Source of the DNA: Raillietiella orientalis
Lineage: Eukaryota
Direction of reading: 5' to 3'
NCBI GenBank assembly: GCA_036172245.1
Contig: JAYWIR010000009.1
Span: 2,170,001 to 2,234,000, forward strand
DNA length: 64,000 nucleotides
The stretch's first letter is position 1, and every line of letters starts with the position of its first letter. This document shows, in pieces, positions 25,004 through 37,720 of this stretch. The position numbers were made by a program, and so were the translations under genes. The notes under the pieces are model-generated. The model worked only from the letters and a program-made list of their open reading frames with translations, did no database searches and was not told the DNA's origin.

Positions 25004-28000
25004 GGCATCTTGGGAGCACGGCGAAGCATTCCTTTCTTGCACCCGGCAGTAGTCGGGCCTTCGTGGGAGGGGCAGGAGAAAGGGAAGCGGACCCCTTCCT
25101 TCTCCGAGGGTCTCGGGGAGGGGAACATCACGCGGTCCCTCACGGGCGAGGAGGAGCGCCCGGGAGCCTCCACGGAACTGCGGCGGCGCGAGGCGCAAGG
25201 TGACCACCCGTCCCGCCGGGATCAACACTGCCCGCCTCTTCCCGGGGTCACGGCGAGCTGCGACCGTCTCTGCCCTGATGGTCGTTGCCCTTGGGAAGGG
25301 GAGAGTCGGGCACCAGTTGAGGACCGCCGAACGAGAAGCGCAACTTCCATACCCTGCCCCTCCTCCCTGGAAGGGTTGGACGGCCAGCTCAGGGGGAGAG
25401 ATCGGCTTGCCCACAGGACGCCGATCCTACTGGCACGCCTGCGGCTGACGGGCGAGTACCGGAATCCTTCCTGGGAGCGACCCGGAAGTGCCCTCTCCAA
25501 TTTTCCTGCCTGCAACTCTGCCCTTGCCTGCAGGGCTCATCCTCCCCCGAGCTGTATCCACCTATCCCTGCTCTCCGCTTCCGCTTCCCATTCACCCCCC
25601 TTCCCCTCCTTCTCCAAGGAAGGCGAATCCTGGAAGAAAAGCCCTGGCGTGGGACGCATCCGCCAGCATCCCAATGCTCTCTCTCTTCTTCTCCCCGAGG
25701 GGAAAGAACTGCATCCCTTCCACGCAACGATGCCCGATGATTAGCACACCTGATGGCGCTGGACCACCTGCCACCATCGGGGAGCGCAGCTGCCGGATGG
25801 CTCACCTCCTCCCGCAACTTACGGTTGATGTGGGCGTTCAAGCGGGGCGGTGGCGGGGGAACGAGAGCGCGCCGCGCCGCCGGTGCCACTGCTCCTGCCG
25901 AGAGCGTTCTTCTCGTCCCGAGGGAACTTTGCCTTCACCAGGGACGCGGAGGGTGTTTCCCAGCGACTGCGGCTAGGAATTCCGGCGCAGTCGGCACGTC
26001 CTGCGGGAGTTGCTTTCTCACGGGAAGTGCGCGGAATCAGCGTCCGCGATGCCGACAAGTCCAATCCCCCCCTCCCCTCCTTTCTGCGCCACCCGACCTT
26101 CTCCTAGGAGGCGTTCTCCTGGACTGGTCCCCTTCCTACTCTTCGCTCTTCCTATATGTCCCCTGGACTGACCCCACTCCCCGCCTCTCCATCCCTTTCC
26201 TTCCTTCCCTCCCCAGAACAAAACGGCGCTCGATTCCTGGCACTCGAAACGAACGCGAGGTCGAAAGGGTTCGCGGTCTACGGAGAGGCAACAGGGAAAA
26301 ACCTCCGTAGATCTCATCCGGCGAAACAGCGAACCACCGTGGTCGTCTTCCGATCTTTTTTCTTCATTCTTCCAGGGAGGAAGGAATTCCAACAATCGCC
26401 CCAACAACAGCGGCAGTTCCCTCCTCCGCCTCCCAACATTGCCTCTTTCCCAGCGTGTCTTTCAGCTACTGAAGCGCGCCCCTGCCTCGCACGTGATGGT
26501 CCCCAATCCACCACGCCGTGTTCTGACGCACGCGACGCGCTCACGGCTGTGTCCTCGCAACCACATGCGTGTCGCGACCCGTCGGTGCACGCTAGAGTCG
26601 CGAACTCTCCGGAAATGACCGTGATCGCGGCGCCGCTTCCCGAGGAGAAGGGGGGGACTCGCGGTACCTGCTCCCGCTCCGGCCCGCTGTCCGCTTCTTG
26701 CGGCGGCAGAACGGCCGGTGTACAGTGTCGAACAGGGAAGAGGAGGCGCGCTCGCGGTGTGCGAGGGCCCTCACCACACGTTCTTCGAGCGCGCAGCGAG
26801 CGGAGAGAAGGTGTACCGTCACGGAAGTCCGTCCTCTCAGCCGGGGACGGTGGCAACGCTGAGCAGAAGGGATGAGCTTTCACCGCGCGCGTCGCTAGGC
26901 GGTGATCGCTGAGGAAAGCCACGGGGTCGCGCATCTGTCGGTGGCGTGTGCAAGGGGGGTCACTTAAGCGAGGGATTGCTGGGGTGCCCCCGGGACCTGG
27001 CGATCCGGACGATGGTGGGCGGTGAGAGATCCGCGCGCGCGCGCGGGGTAGAAGGACGCAGCTTCCCTGCCCACGGTCGGGGAACGCGAGGGCCGCCGCG
27101 GGGCGAGGCTTCGATTTGCCCGCCGCTCTGCGCGTGTGGACTCCCCGCAGCTCGGCGGACGGGACGCGCAATTCGTCCAGAAGGCTCTGCCGCCGCCGTC
27201 GCCGCATCGATTCCGGGAGCCGGGGAGAGTCTAGAATCCATCCCGAGGGTCACGGGGAACGCGAATGCTCCAGCCAGAGCGTATCAAGATAAACAGAGGA
27301 GTCCAGATGCACGGATGCTTATTGTGCAATCACGCAAGCAGCTGCCGTATCCACCTGCTCCGGTCACAGGGAGGGCGCGCTCGCGCCGCCGCGCTCCACC
27401 GGAGCAAAAAGGGAAGAGGAAGAGGCGGGAAACAAAAAAGAAAAATTCCCTCGTTTTGCTTCCGGACCCGCTCCGCAGCCAGGATCGAGTGTCCCGGTCA
27501 GACCCTCCGGGAAGCCTCTGCAACCCAGGTCGACGACCGGCGTCCGACGTGCCAAAGACTACCTGACCCCCTTGCAGGAAGGAAGGCGTGGCCTCTTTCC
27601 TTCCCCTCCCCCTCCCTCCCTCGATGCCCCGACGGCCTCGCGGACGCGACGCGGTGCAGACCCCACTTTCCCCAAGCGAGTCCCGGGGCGCTGCCGGGTC
27701 GCCCCGGAGGCATCGACCTGCCCAGCGCCGGCGTTCCTCCTTCGCGCGCACCCTCCTCCGCCCACGTCCCGCCCGCAGGAAACCGAACCGCGAAATCCGC
27801 CCGCAGGCGCGCGCGCTCGGAGATGCCCTGCGGCGGACTCCCCGAAAGGCTCGCAGGCGCGTCGGAATTTTTCCCGTCCGCCGCCCCCGTCCGCCCGGTT
27901 CCCTCTCGGGTCGCACGCGCGCGGGCCCAGCATCGCTGTCCCAGCTGCCTGCCTGACGACGCGGCGCACCGCCGCCGCCAGTGCAGATCAGCTGCTTCCG

Positions 28001-28653
28001 CAGAACATCTGCCTGGATGCGTACTTGACCTGCGGAGGGCGTTCGTTCCGGCACGATCCGGTGGTTCCCACCGTCGCGCAGCATCCGGGGAGACTGCCTG
28101 GGAGGCGCGCCGCTGGAGCTCACCCCGCGCGCATCTGCGCGCGGGGCTGCTGCCGCGCCTCTTCCCGCGCGGGAGATCACAAAGAGCAGGGGTCGCCGCC
28201 CGGAGGGGGGGGGGAACGGCGCGCGTTGAAAGGCACAGCCTCCGCCTCCTCTTCGCACGCGCGCCCCAGTCGAGGGCCCGGCGCACGCGCGCGCCAGAGC
28301 TCCCCTCCGCCGGCGCTTCCGCCCCGGCGCAGCTTCCGGTTCGCCCGTCCGTACTCCTCCTCCTCCATTGCGCGCAGCTTCGCGATCCCGAAAGAGAGCG
28401 GCTGCGCGCGTCGGAGGAGCGGGCGTTCCCGTCGAGGGAGGCCACCGCCCCCCCCCCCCGTCTAGCATCCGAACCGAGGCAGCGGCGGCGGAGCACGCGG
28501 GGGGCGGGAAGCAGCGTTCCTGAGTCCAAGGAGAGCCGCCCTCACGCCATGCGGCGGCCGCATCCTGAGATGCGTTTCCCTGGAGATCTTTCCTTCCCCC
28601 TCTTCGCGAGAGGGAAGCCACGCGCCGGCAGGCCGATTTTTAGAGCGAATTCC

Positions 28654-28654
<1 letters not shown>

Positions 28655-28696
<42 letters not shown>
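28655..28696. repeat. (CTG)14 microsatellite
   Basis: Perfect trinucleotide run read directly. Confidence 0.95.
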
Positions 28697-28699
<3 letters not shown>

Positions 28700-31600
28700 T
28701 CGTTGCTTCCATCTCAGCCACCTTAGGTTTCCGTTGTCAGATGACTCCTTCTCCGACGTTCGCGCAAATGCAAAGAGGGTCGGAGAAAGACCTGGCACCC
28801 CTGCAAGCGCGCTGGGACACGCTGGCAGGGGATCAACGGCGCTGCAGGGAGGCCGCTCGGACCCTCCCCCGAAGGAGGTGGAGGCCTTCCGCGGTCGCCA
28901 AAGCGATCTCCAGCGCGCGAGAAGGGCGCCGCTTCCGCCTTACGTGTGGATCCACACCAAAAAAAACAAAACAAGGTGTCAACATCCTTTACCTCTCTCC
29001 TCCTCCGCACGGGGGGCGGGGCACGTCTGTCGGCAGGAGTACGAAGGAACCAGGGGTGCCCCAGGGGTGCCCCACGGCTGGAGAGCAGCGGTTTCCCCTG
29101 GGGAACCGTTGCTCTCCCCGGCTCGCGAAGACTCCCTTCGGAGTTACGCCGTCGGGACGTTTTCCTGGATGCCCTTCGCCGCCGCGGTTCTTCTCAGGAT
29201 CTCGGGATCTCTCAGGGAAGGAGCGTCCTTCAAACGGAACGGCACGAAGGCAAGAACCATGTCTCCAGCCTCTCCCTCCCCGTCTCCCCGTTCGACTTGT
29301 GATGCCGTTCAGATGAATGACGTCAGATCGAAGAACGGAGTTTCCCTCCGCTCCCGTATTTGCCTACAGTGCGCTGCTTGGGTGCCAGCAGTTTCACCTC
29401 GCTATCGAATTCCCTTTTTTTTTTTTTTTTTTTGGCTTCTTCCTCGGTAGCTGGTTAATTAATCCATTAAAAGCTGCCTCGTTACCCTTCGCAGGCAGTC
29501 GGCGCGGCCGTGGCTTCGCGGAGCGCCTGACCCGAAGCTGTGGAGTGGCGCCATCTCTTGCGGTTTTCCGCAAGGTCGAGTGCGGGGTCGGCAGAGCACC
29601 CGCAGGAGAACAAAAAAGAAAAAGAAAGAAAAGGAAACGGGACAGCCAGTACCACGGCGGATGCGCCTTGTGCCGACCTTGCGAGATGCGTGCCGTCCGG
29701 CTGGCACGCGCGTGATCGCCCGCCTTCCCTCGGGATGGAGTTTCTGCTTACCTCGGGGCCGCTTCTAGCGACGCGCGAGCCGCGTGCGAGCTTTCTGCGC
29801 TGAGGGCTGCCTTTGGCACTTCGGCGTGCCTCGTGAGACTGGGTTACGTGACGAACCGCGTGTCGAGGGGACTGGGTCCAGGATCTCCTGAGGACCGAAG
29901 CCGATTTTCTGGCAGCAAGGCAGTTCCCCGGCGCATCAGAAAACTCATTGGGAAGGTGAGGGGGCTCGGCTTGCCCGAAAAGACGTTGACTGAGGGAGCT
30001 CGCAGCAAATCCTCGTTCCCAGAATCAGTAGGCGCGCTATCCATTTGAGAGAGCACCGGTTTCCACGGTGCTGCACAGCTCCCGCGTGTGCTTCTCTGAG
30101 AAAGGGCTCCCAGGAGAAATCCCCTGCCTTCTTTGCTTTCGGCTTGTGATTGGGTTGCATCTTTTAAAATCAGTTTTTTTTTTTTAAAAAAAAAGACAGC
30201 CAAGACATTTCAGCAGGTCAATTTTCAGCCATCACAAAAAGAAAGAAAAGAAAACGAAACACAAGGAGATGACTTCCCAAGGAAATTTATTCAAGATCCC
30301 CCTCTAGAGATGCGCTGAAAAAATGGATATGCGTAGGAGTAGGTCTGTCGGTAGAGACTTAGTTTCCTCTCCGGTTACCATGGTTACCATTAGCAGCCTT
30401 CCCTGCGTACTTCCATCAGAGAGACCTCAGCGTACAGGCACCAGATAGGTGGCGTGGCGTACCAGAGGGTAAGTAAATGACGGAGAAATTTCACTGTTGA
30501 GAAAATGGTACCGAAGAATAACAGATGGATGGTCTGCACCATCTTCCTTATCTGCGCCACTTCTTCAACAGTAAAATCTGTTCTTCATCAGCTTGCTATC
30601 TGCTACGCCGCCTATCTGATGGTCAGTTCATCAAGCTGCCTTCTGGAAGTGGACGAGATGCTCGGAACCTGCTCCTCTCCTGTCGCGGGTTTGATCCGCT
30701 GTTGCGGTCAGTGCCTCCGCGGGTCGACACATTACGTCTTATCGCGAGGGGACCGAAGGGCAAAATGCAAGGTGAGATCTCATCCTGCAGCAGCGCAGGC
30801 ATCCCCACCCCCATCCACGGAAAACTCCTCCCATTCTCTCCGTTTTTGGCGAAGGGTCGGCCGTCAGGGGAACGGAGTGAAGCAAACCGCCGTGCAGACG
30901 CGCTCAGGCCAAGAGCACCCCTGGGGCGGACGACCGCGTCAGTGCCCAGAGGAAATCACGAAAGGCGCATGGAGGTCTCAACGGCAGGTCAGGTTGCAAC
31001 AGCGTGTACGGAAGGACGTGAAATTCCGGGTGCAAGACTTCAGTGAACTGGCTAGTGGTCCCTGAGTTGACCCGTCTCTGCGCCGTCGCTATGGGGAACG
31101 GAGCAACGCCCTAATGGCCACGAGTGCAAACTTCTCCGTCCCACAGGAAAAGTTTCCGAGGCAGAACAGTGCGTGCTACGGCCCGTAGCGCACCCGGACT
31201 TGCCCCTTGCGCTGGAGTCCCCGCTTCGATGCCCTGTTTGGCTTTACGGGAGGGCTTCCCGCAACATTCCAGATCACCTTCCAGGTAGACTCCTAAAACA
31301 AAACACGAGAGGATAGAGTTTTGAGTTTTCCCAGAGGCGTGTACATCAGGGGTGCTTTGTTCTTCCCTTTCAACACTGTGCAGCACGAATTACAACAGCC
31401 ACAATTTCACGTTGCAATTTATCTTTTTTTTTTTTCCAAAGCCATTGCCGAGAATTTTTTTTGGTTTCTGCCAGGGATTGGTGGCGGATTTCCGAAGGAT
31501 CTTTGCCACAGATTCGTTTATGGCAGCCTTCTTCGATGAGGCTGCGACTGCTTCCATCGCTGCTGTCCACTTTCCATCTTCGACCGTCCACCTTCTGACC

Positions 31601-33835
31601 GAGACCATCGCAATGAAGAATGCTGGGCGTGTTCGCATTCGCAGTGATGCCCCGCCCTTTCCAACAGCCATCCTAGCAAGTCTTCTTTACCACAGTTGGA
31701 TTCGTCTCTTCCCAGGGCACTGCTGCAGCGAAAGACGTGCGTTTGCGACTGGAGCTCTCTCCTCAGGAGGAACAGTGCTGACTCTGCTGTATCTTCAGAC
31801 AGCGCAGGGTCGAGTCTCTGCCCGTGTGCTGAGCCTGGATGGCAAGAGGGAAATGAATTCTGCAACACTCCTGGAGACCGTTTCGTCTCTCACAGTGTGG
31901 TTCCGGGGGGACACAGCCGCTTGATCTTTCAATGTCTTCATCACTGTTTCAGCGATCGAATGATTTCTCAATATTCTTCCTTGCCACTTTTCTAAAGACT
32001 GTTCCTCCTTCTTCCAGACTGCAGACTCCTCTCCTTTTGTGAAAGAAGCTTCCTCCTAACTTAAGGATGGAGTTGTGGAGGATTGTCTGATGCATGGATC
32101 CTCCTAGCGTCAGCTGCAACAGCGGTCTTTTATTTTTATTTTTCCCACAGACCACCCCATCATTATCCATTCTGCTGTTTTCCGCACAGCGATCGCTCAT
32201 GGGCAGATTATCCTTGTGAATTCCTCGTTCCAGAATTCCTTGCTTCTTGGGTTTCTTTTTGGACGGTATGTTCTCAGGAAACAAATTGAATCCTATCTCT
32301 GTGTAAAATTACATTTACACCTCCGAATTCAGCACGCCGCAGGTCACTCTCAACTCTTTTTCCCGCTGATTTTGGTTGGAACTCTTAATTATCCTTTCTT
32401 AAGAAAATCAATCACCCCTAAGCAATCAAGTCAACATTGCGCAAGCAATGGGAAGAAGCGCAATTTCCTCGTGGATTTTCCTTTACTCGATTTTTCTCGA
32501 ATGCCATGTAGCATCAGTTGTCGGTCAACTTCTTGTCTTTGATACACGGGCTGCGGATGAAGTCTTCGACTGCTGTTCTCTTCCCCCCTCCCCTCCCCAT
32601 TATCTTGGTATGTTCTCCATGTGCAGCACGAAGTCACCCTTTTGCTTAGATGACGACTTTGTCGGACTTCCACGGAGCAGTTTTGTCCACTGCATGCCGA
32701 GTCCACCTTGCTCCTCAAGGTCTGTGAATGCCCAACATCTTGATCTTGGGTTTTCTCTTTCTCTAGGTGCATCCTTCCGCAACGGGGGGGCGAGGCGTTC
32801 CAAAACCACGCTCCGCAAGGCTTGTAAAAAGTTGGCCGCAAATGGATTTGGGGGGAGGGGGGAGGAAACCCCCTCTGTCCCCTAGCCCCGCTCTTTCACG
32901 AAGCCAGAGAGAGACTCGACCAAGGTTGGCAAAGCGAACCTGACCCCGACAACTACCTGACCTGACAGTTGTGACGGAGTGCACAAAAGAGTGAGCTGCG
33001 TGCAACTCGGTATAGCTCGTTGGGCAGAAATCAGATTGAGTGACTGTGGTGAGCATCGTTGAGTCATCCTCTGCAAGAACAAAGTCGGACTGCAGCTGCA
33101 TTGCTGGTGCGGCTGACATCGGAAACAACCGCGGGAAGGAAATCGTCGGGAGCCAGAGCTTTGCTTTCACCGAACGCGTCGCTCTTGGCGGCACCAGCTG
33201 TCGACATCCATTGCAGTTTCCTCCCGCCATCTCGCGTTCGAACGACGAACAATTTCTGAGGGTTTCCATTGGCTTTCCCTGTTCGGACTCTCCTGAGATC
33301 AGGTGGTGCTCGTATCGGCAGAACAGCCTCCTGACATCTGTCGGTGTCTCCGTGCATCCAGGCCACCTCTTCGCGGCGCGCGGCCCGTGCGAAGAGGATC
33401 GCTCTGGCGGACTGGAAGAGAACTAGCCGAGCTCCTCGCTCGGACCCGAGATAGGTGTGGTCCCGCGAAGAATCCGCCGTTGCTTCCGTCGGCGGCTAGG
33501 AAGGAGCTCCTCCTTGGTCGTCGGGGATCGAAAGCTTCGGGTCTCCCCGACCTCAGAAACCGAAGGGAGGAAATGGGGTGGACTCGCCGCGCCTGCTGGG
33601 CACCGTCGCTCTGGAGAGGTGGACGAGCGACGGAGCTCCGAAAGAGCTGGAACCCCCTCCCCCTCCGGAGCACGCGCACGCGGGCCAGCCCACCCTCAGC
33701 CATTCTGCAAGGCGTGCTAAAGGGGAGGCAGCGATGAGGACATTGCTTGTTAGGAAGGCTCCCGCCATCTCCGCAGCAGGGTTGTCCTCTGCACGATGGA
33801 AATCTTCTGAGTTTTCGCTGCCTCCCTTCCAGCCT

Positions 33836-34960
33836 CTTTTTCTTTCTTTCGGGTCTTGTTTCTTTTTTTGGTTTCCAAGGAGTACTGAAGAACCGCCTAC
33901 CACCTAGGGGAGGGTTCGCAAGCTCTTTAACGCTGTCCACGCCACCAGAGAGTGCGTGTCACCCTTCCAGTTATATAGGGTAACCCTGGAGGGTCCACCC
34001 CATGAATCCAGGAAGACTCGGGACGAAAGCGTCCGCATCCGTTACTCTCATGCTTGGGAAGGGACCTCGAAGGGAACCACATCTTTTTCGTACTCTCCGG
34101 AGGGACCCCCGGTTTGTAGGGGGCGCTCCTCATTTCTTCTCCGGAGGGAACTCGGAAAGGATCCGCTTCTGGAATTTCCTCTCCGCAGGCTACCAGCAAG
34201 GGAATCTGCTCCTGGTTTCCTCCTCCTCTGGAGAGAACCCCGGAAGAGACGCTTCCCGATTTCCCTGGAGCGCGCTTCTCGACACTATCGAGAGGTAGCA
34301 GTCAGCCCTCTGGCGCTCTGTGGTACACGGCTCTATCTTCACGAGCAGAGAGGAAAAACCCCAAAGGACTTCTTGGTTTCTGGAAGGACTCCGAGTGTCC
34401 GTTTCTGATCCCTTCCAGTCAAGGGAGGCATCCGGCTTCCACCAGTGGCCCCCGGTGCTCATGAGCACCCTCACCCTCCATTTAAAGTGGAAGGAGTCGG
34501 CATTGGTGCTGCTGCATTGGGGCCTCCCGTGCAACGCCCACCGGCATCACTGGACACGGGGTGTGTGCAATGGGGGCTGCGGGGGGCAGGAAACCTTCCC
34601 ACACTCCTAGTGGACTGCGTTGCCCTCCGACTCCTTTGGGGAAGCTTTGCCGCGATCCTCGAAACCCTCAGCACCAACGCCAGAGACTTTGTAAAGTACC
34701 TCTTCCTGCGCGACGACCTCACTCCGGCCTCATCCCTAGCAGCACTGCGCTGCCTACGCGGGATCGTGGCCGCATGGAAGGACGGCAGGGACGCCATCCA
34801 TGTTGCTGTCCTCTAGATGAGGACAGCGTCAAGATGGCTCCATCTGGGAACCATAAAACAGGAACTTGCCGGCATCCTTACAAGGATGCAGAGGACGCCC
34901 TCCAGCACCCGGTGATCCCTTCCCGAACCCCCTCCCCCTTGCCATTTTTTGACTGTATTT
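33836..34960 (-). mobile_element. L1/Tx1 3' end with the shared tail and A-rich terminus
   Basis: Tail blocks (ATGAATCCAGGAAG 34002-34015; CCGGCTTCCACCAGT as at 51980) continue into coding-like sequence rather than into a tRNA head; T-rich (sense A-rich) run at 33836-33870. Confidence 0.6.
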
Positions 34961-35170
34961 TTTTTCTTTTTGTGTTCCCTCCCCCTGTGTTGCCGAGGAG
35001 AACCCTGCTGGCCTGCGTGTCAGTTCCGGCAGGTTCCTTTTCGAATCCATAAGTAAAGTGGCAGGATCAAACGTCCTGCCACAGACATGTAGGTTTATAA
35101 ATAAACGCCCGGCGTGGCCGGGTGTCAACCAGTGGCTCACCCGATCATGGGCCAACCAGAGACATCTAGC

Positions 35171-35290
35171 GGGGAGCATTCGAACCCGCGGCGCCCCGTT
35201 CTAGGCGTCGGCCCTTCCCGCGGCGGGACTCGAACCCGCGACGCATGGCGCCACGAGCAGAGACCGCGTCTGCATGGCCGCCGATGCGGG
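35171..35290 (-). mobile_element. Tailless SINE head with duplicated B-box segment
   Basis: Minus strand aligns to 44627-44700 with a perfect B box GGTTCGAGTCCC (35225-35236); a second GCGGGTTCGAATGCTCC lies at ~35173-35189. Confidence 0.6.
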
Positions 35291-37144
35291 GAAGGGGAGG
35301 GGAGGAAGGGGGGTATCAGGAAAACACGTCTTCGCTTGCATATCGCTGGTACGTCCGATCAGTCTCGAATCGGCCCTTTGGGCGAGGAGACTCCCCGGTT
35401 GACCCTCCTCGTTGCTTCTCAACTGCAGTTTGCAGAATTTGCAATGCCTTCACGTGCTAACGAAGTCTAATTTCACGTACACATCACAATTACATGGAAT
35501 GCATAAAGTGCGTGATTATTGCAACGCGTGCACAAGCTCGAAACGACGTATAAGTGGATAAAGTATTTCCACAAATTTATTTACTCCTAATTGTGCACTA
35601 ATTCGTACCTCTTCAGCTGGCAGTAATCGCACCTCTGGAAACATCCCTCGGCTATGACATCGCCGTGAACGCCAAACTTTGGAATTCGGAAATCACTTTT
35701 TGGAAACGTTCTGCGACAAGAGACAGTCCTGGAAGAAGATCAAGACTTCCAGAACTTTGAAAACACCATCCTCTTCAAGAGCTTGAAGAGAAGTTCTGCG
35801 CGTGTGATTCGTTCTTTTGCTGCTCGTTCTGTCCCTCTATCATCGTAGAATGATACTTTCTTCGAATTGTGATAACTGCTCCTCCCATTCCTGATGCAAA
35901 CCGTGTCGTTTTTGCATCAGACATGGGGGTGGGCAAGTGTTTCATTCTTAACGTCGGATTTAATTTGCATTCTGTCAATATGAAAGTGTATCCTTGAGAA
36001 CTGCTCTTTGAATGATTTTTTCCGGAACGAATGGAGTCGGAAGGATTCCATGCAAAATGATAATGATGAAAAGAATCAACTTATTTACATCTCTGTCCCA
36101 GACTCCAGCCTCATCCACGGCTCTTGAATATACCTATTTCTCAGAGTAATGAGATTCTTTAAACGCTTCGAACCGATTGTCATAAACAAACTGGAAAGCA
36201 AGCACTTTGAAAAATTAATACTGACTAAAATTTGGAATGCCTGCATCGAGGCAACATTCAGTCGCAAGATGTTATTGAGATTGCTGAGATCCACTGCAAG
36301 ACAGTGTGGAACGCAAGGACAGCCAAACTGTGCTCAAGTTTGACTAAGTGGAAGTCAAGAATGAAACCCCTACGATTTCAGGGAACCCACTATGTAAGGG
36401 ATATAACTCTTGACACCATCCCACTAATTTCCGCCTTAATATCAGCAGTGTTGGTATTCATCTCAATTTTACACGCTAGTAAGATCCAAATGAAGGATGA
36501 GAAATAACTTTAGAATAACTGTAAATGCATGTGTATTCATTACAAACCATAAAGCACAGTCATTTCTCATCCTTCATTTAAATTTTACTGGTGCTTAGGA
36601 TAAGCACTTTAGCTATATTTTCCCTTGGTAACTCTACATCATGGAATATTACAGAGTTACCATTATTCCACACATCTATGGTTTTCATACATTTAGACAC
36701 ACCTGGTAATTTCAGAGTGATGTCTACTCAGTTTTTTATAATTTTCGAATTTTATCGTGAATTGAAAAATCTGTTTGCAGTTTCCTTTTTTTTTTCCGGA
36801 TCCGATCCAGTCTTTCATAACAGAGCATTATTTTCAACTCTTTGTTTTCCTTTGAATGCGATCCCATTTCATCATTTCCACCTTCTACCCAGTTTCTTGT
36901 GTTGGACTCTCTTGGATTTCCTGTTTTCGTAATTGGTTTTCATCTAAATCATTTTGCTCCAGAATTTTGAACTTGGGCAGTATTCCAACATTTATTTACT
37001 TTTTGTCATACAAACTCCATAGAAAGGGAAGCAATGGTGAACGCCAGCATGACTCAACATAAAAATAGCAATTAAGAAGGGTGGTACGCTGACCTCTTTC
37101 TGAACACGTTAGGGTACCTTAGTTCTAAAGTTCCCCGAGGTGCT

Positions 37145-37720
37145 TTAGAGTTTTCCTGTCCTTTCCTCCTCTAATCTCGGATTCTGGAACGTAAGTTTGA
37201 GATAATTCCTTTTTGATACCACGGTTGCTTTTATTTCAGGTAACTCATCACGATCTTTAAACAGAATCTGTTTCATGAGGGTGCATCATAATCAAAAAAC
37301 TAAAAAAACACAACAGCTTCTTACTTCTGACATTACAGAAAAGATCTATACACAGTCAGTTCTCAAATGACTGTAGCAGCATACTTTTTCTCTCATGTAC
37401 CGGATGAAAACTGGAATGAATTCCGTTAAAAGCTCCTTTCCCAGCAGCTTATAATTCGATTGCCATCGAGATAGCTCATTTTCCTCTTCTAGGTTTAAGG
37501 GCGTACTTGTCTTTAGAATGTTTGGATCAGAATCACAAAACCGATCAAAAGTACACTGAGTTCCCTTTTTATGATTTCCAAAAACTATCTGAAAAATTGA
37601 GGAATAAAAACAGAAAATGATTGGTTTCCTCACTTCATTTCTTTCTGTGATTTGGTGTCTTCTCCTGAAGAGTGCTGTGTAGTTAGTAGAAAAGGGTTGT
37701 TTTTTCTGATGCATTAACAT
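37145..37720 (-). CDS. Unidentified spliced gene or pseudogene (partial model)
   Basis: GT-AG introns 37589-37633 (45 nt), 37346-37384 (39 nt) and 37268-37324 (57 nt), all phase 0, join stop-free exons 37385-37588, 37325-37345 and 37145-37267. The 5' end is unresolved and no family was recognised. Confidence 0.4.

Noticed and set aside
23192..25414. 740-aa antisense ORF over the INSM gene
   Set aside because: Shadow of GC-rich codon usage; low-complexity translation with no domain.
27265..29316. 683-aa ORF and other long Arg/Pro/Ala/Gly-rich ORFs in the GC domain (e.g. 21639-22916, 27284-28621)
   Set aside because: Stop-codon scarcity at high GC; overlapping ORFs in all frames and no recognisable motifs.
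37385..37440. Codanin-1 similarity (LLTEFIPVFIRYMREK)
   Set aside because: A single short motif without supporting flanking similarity.
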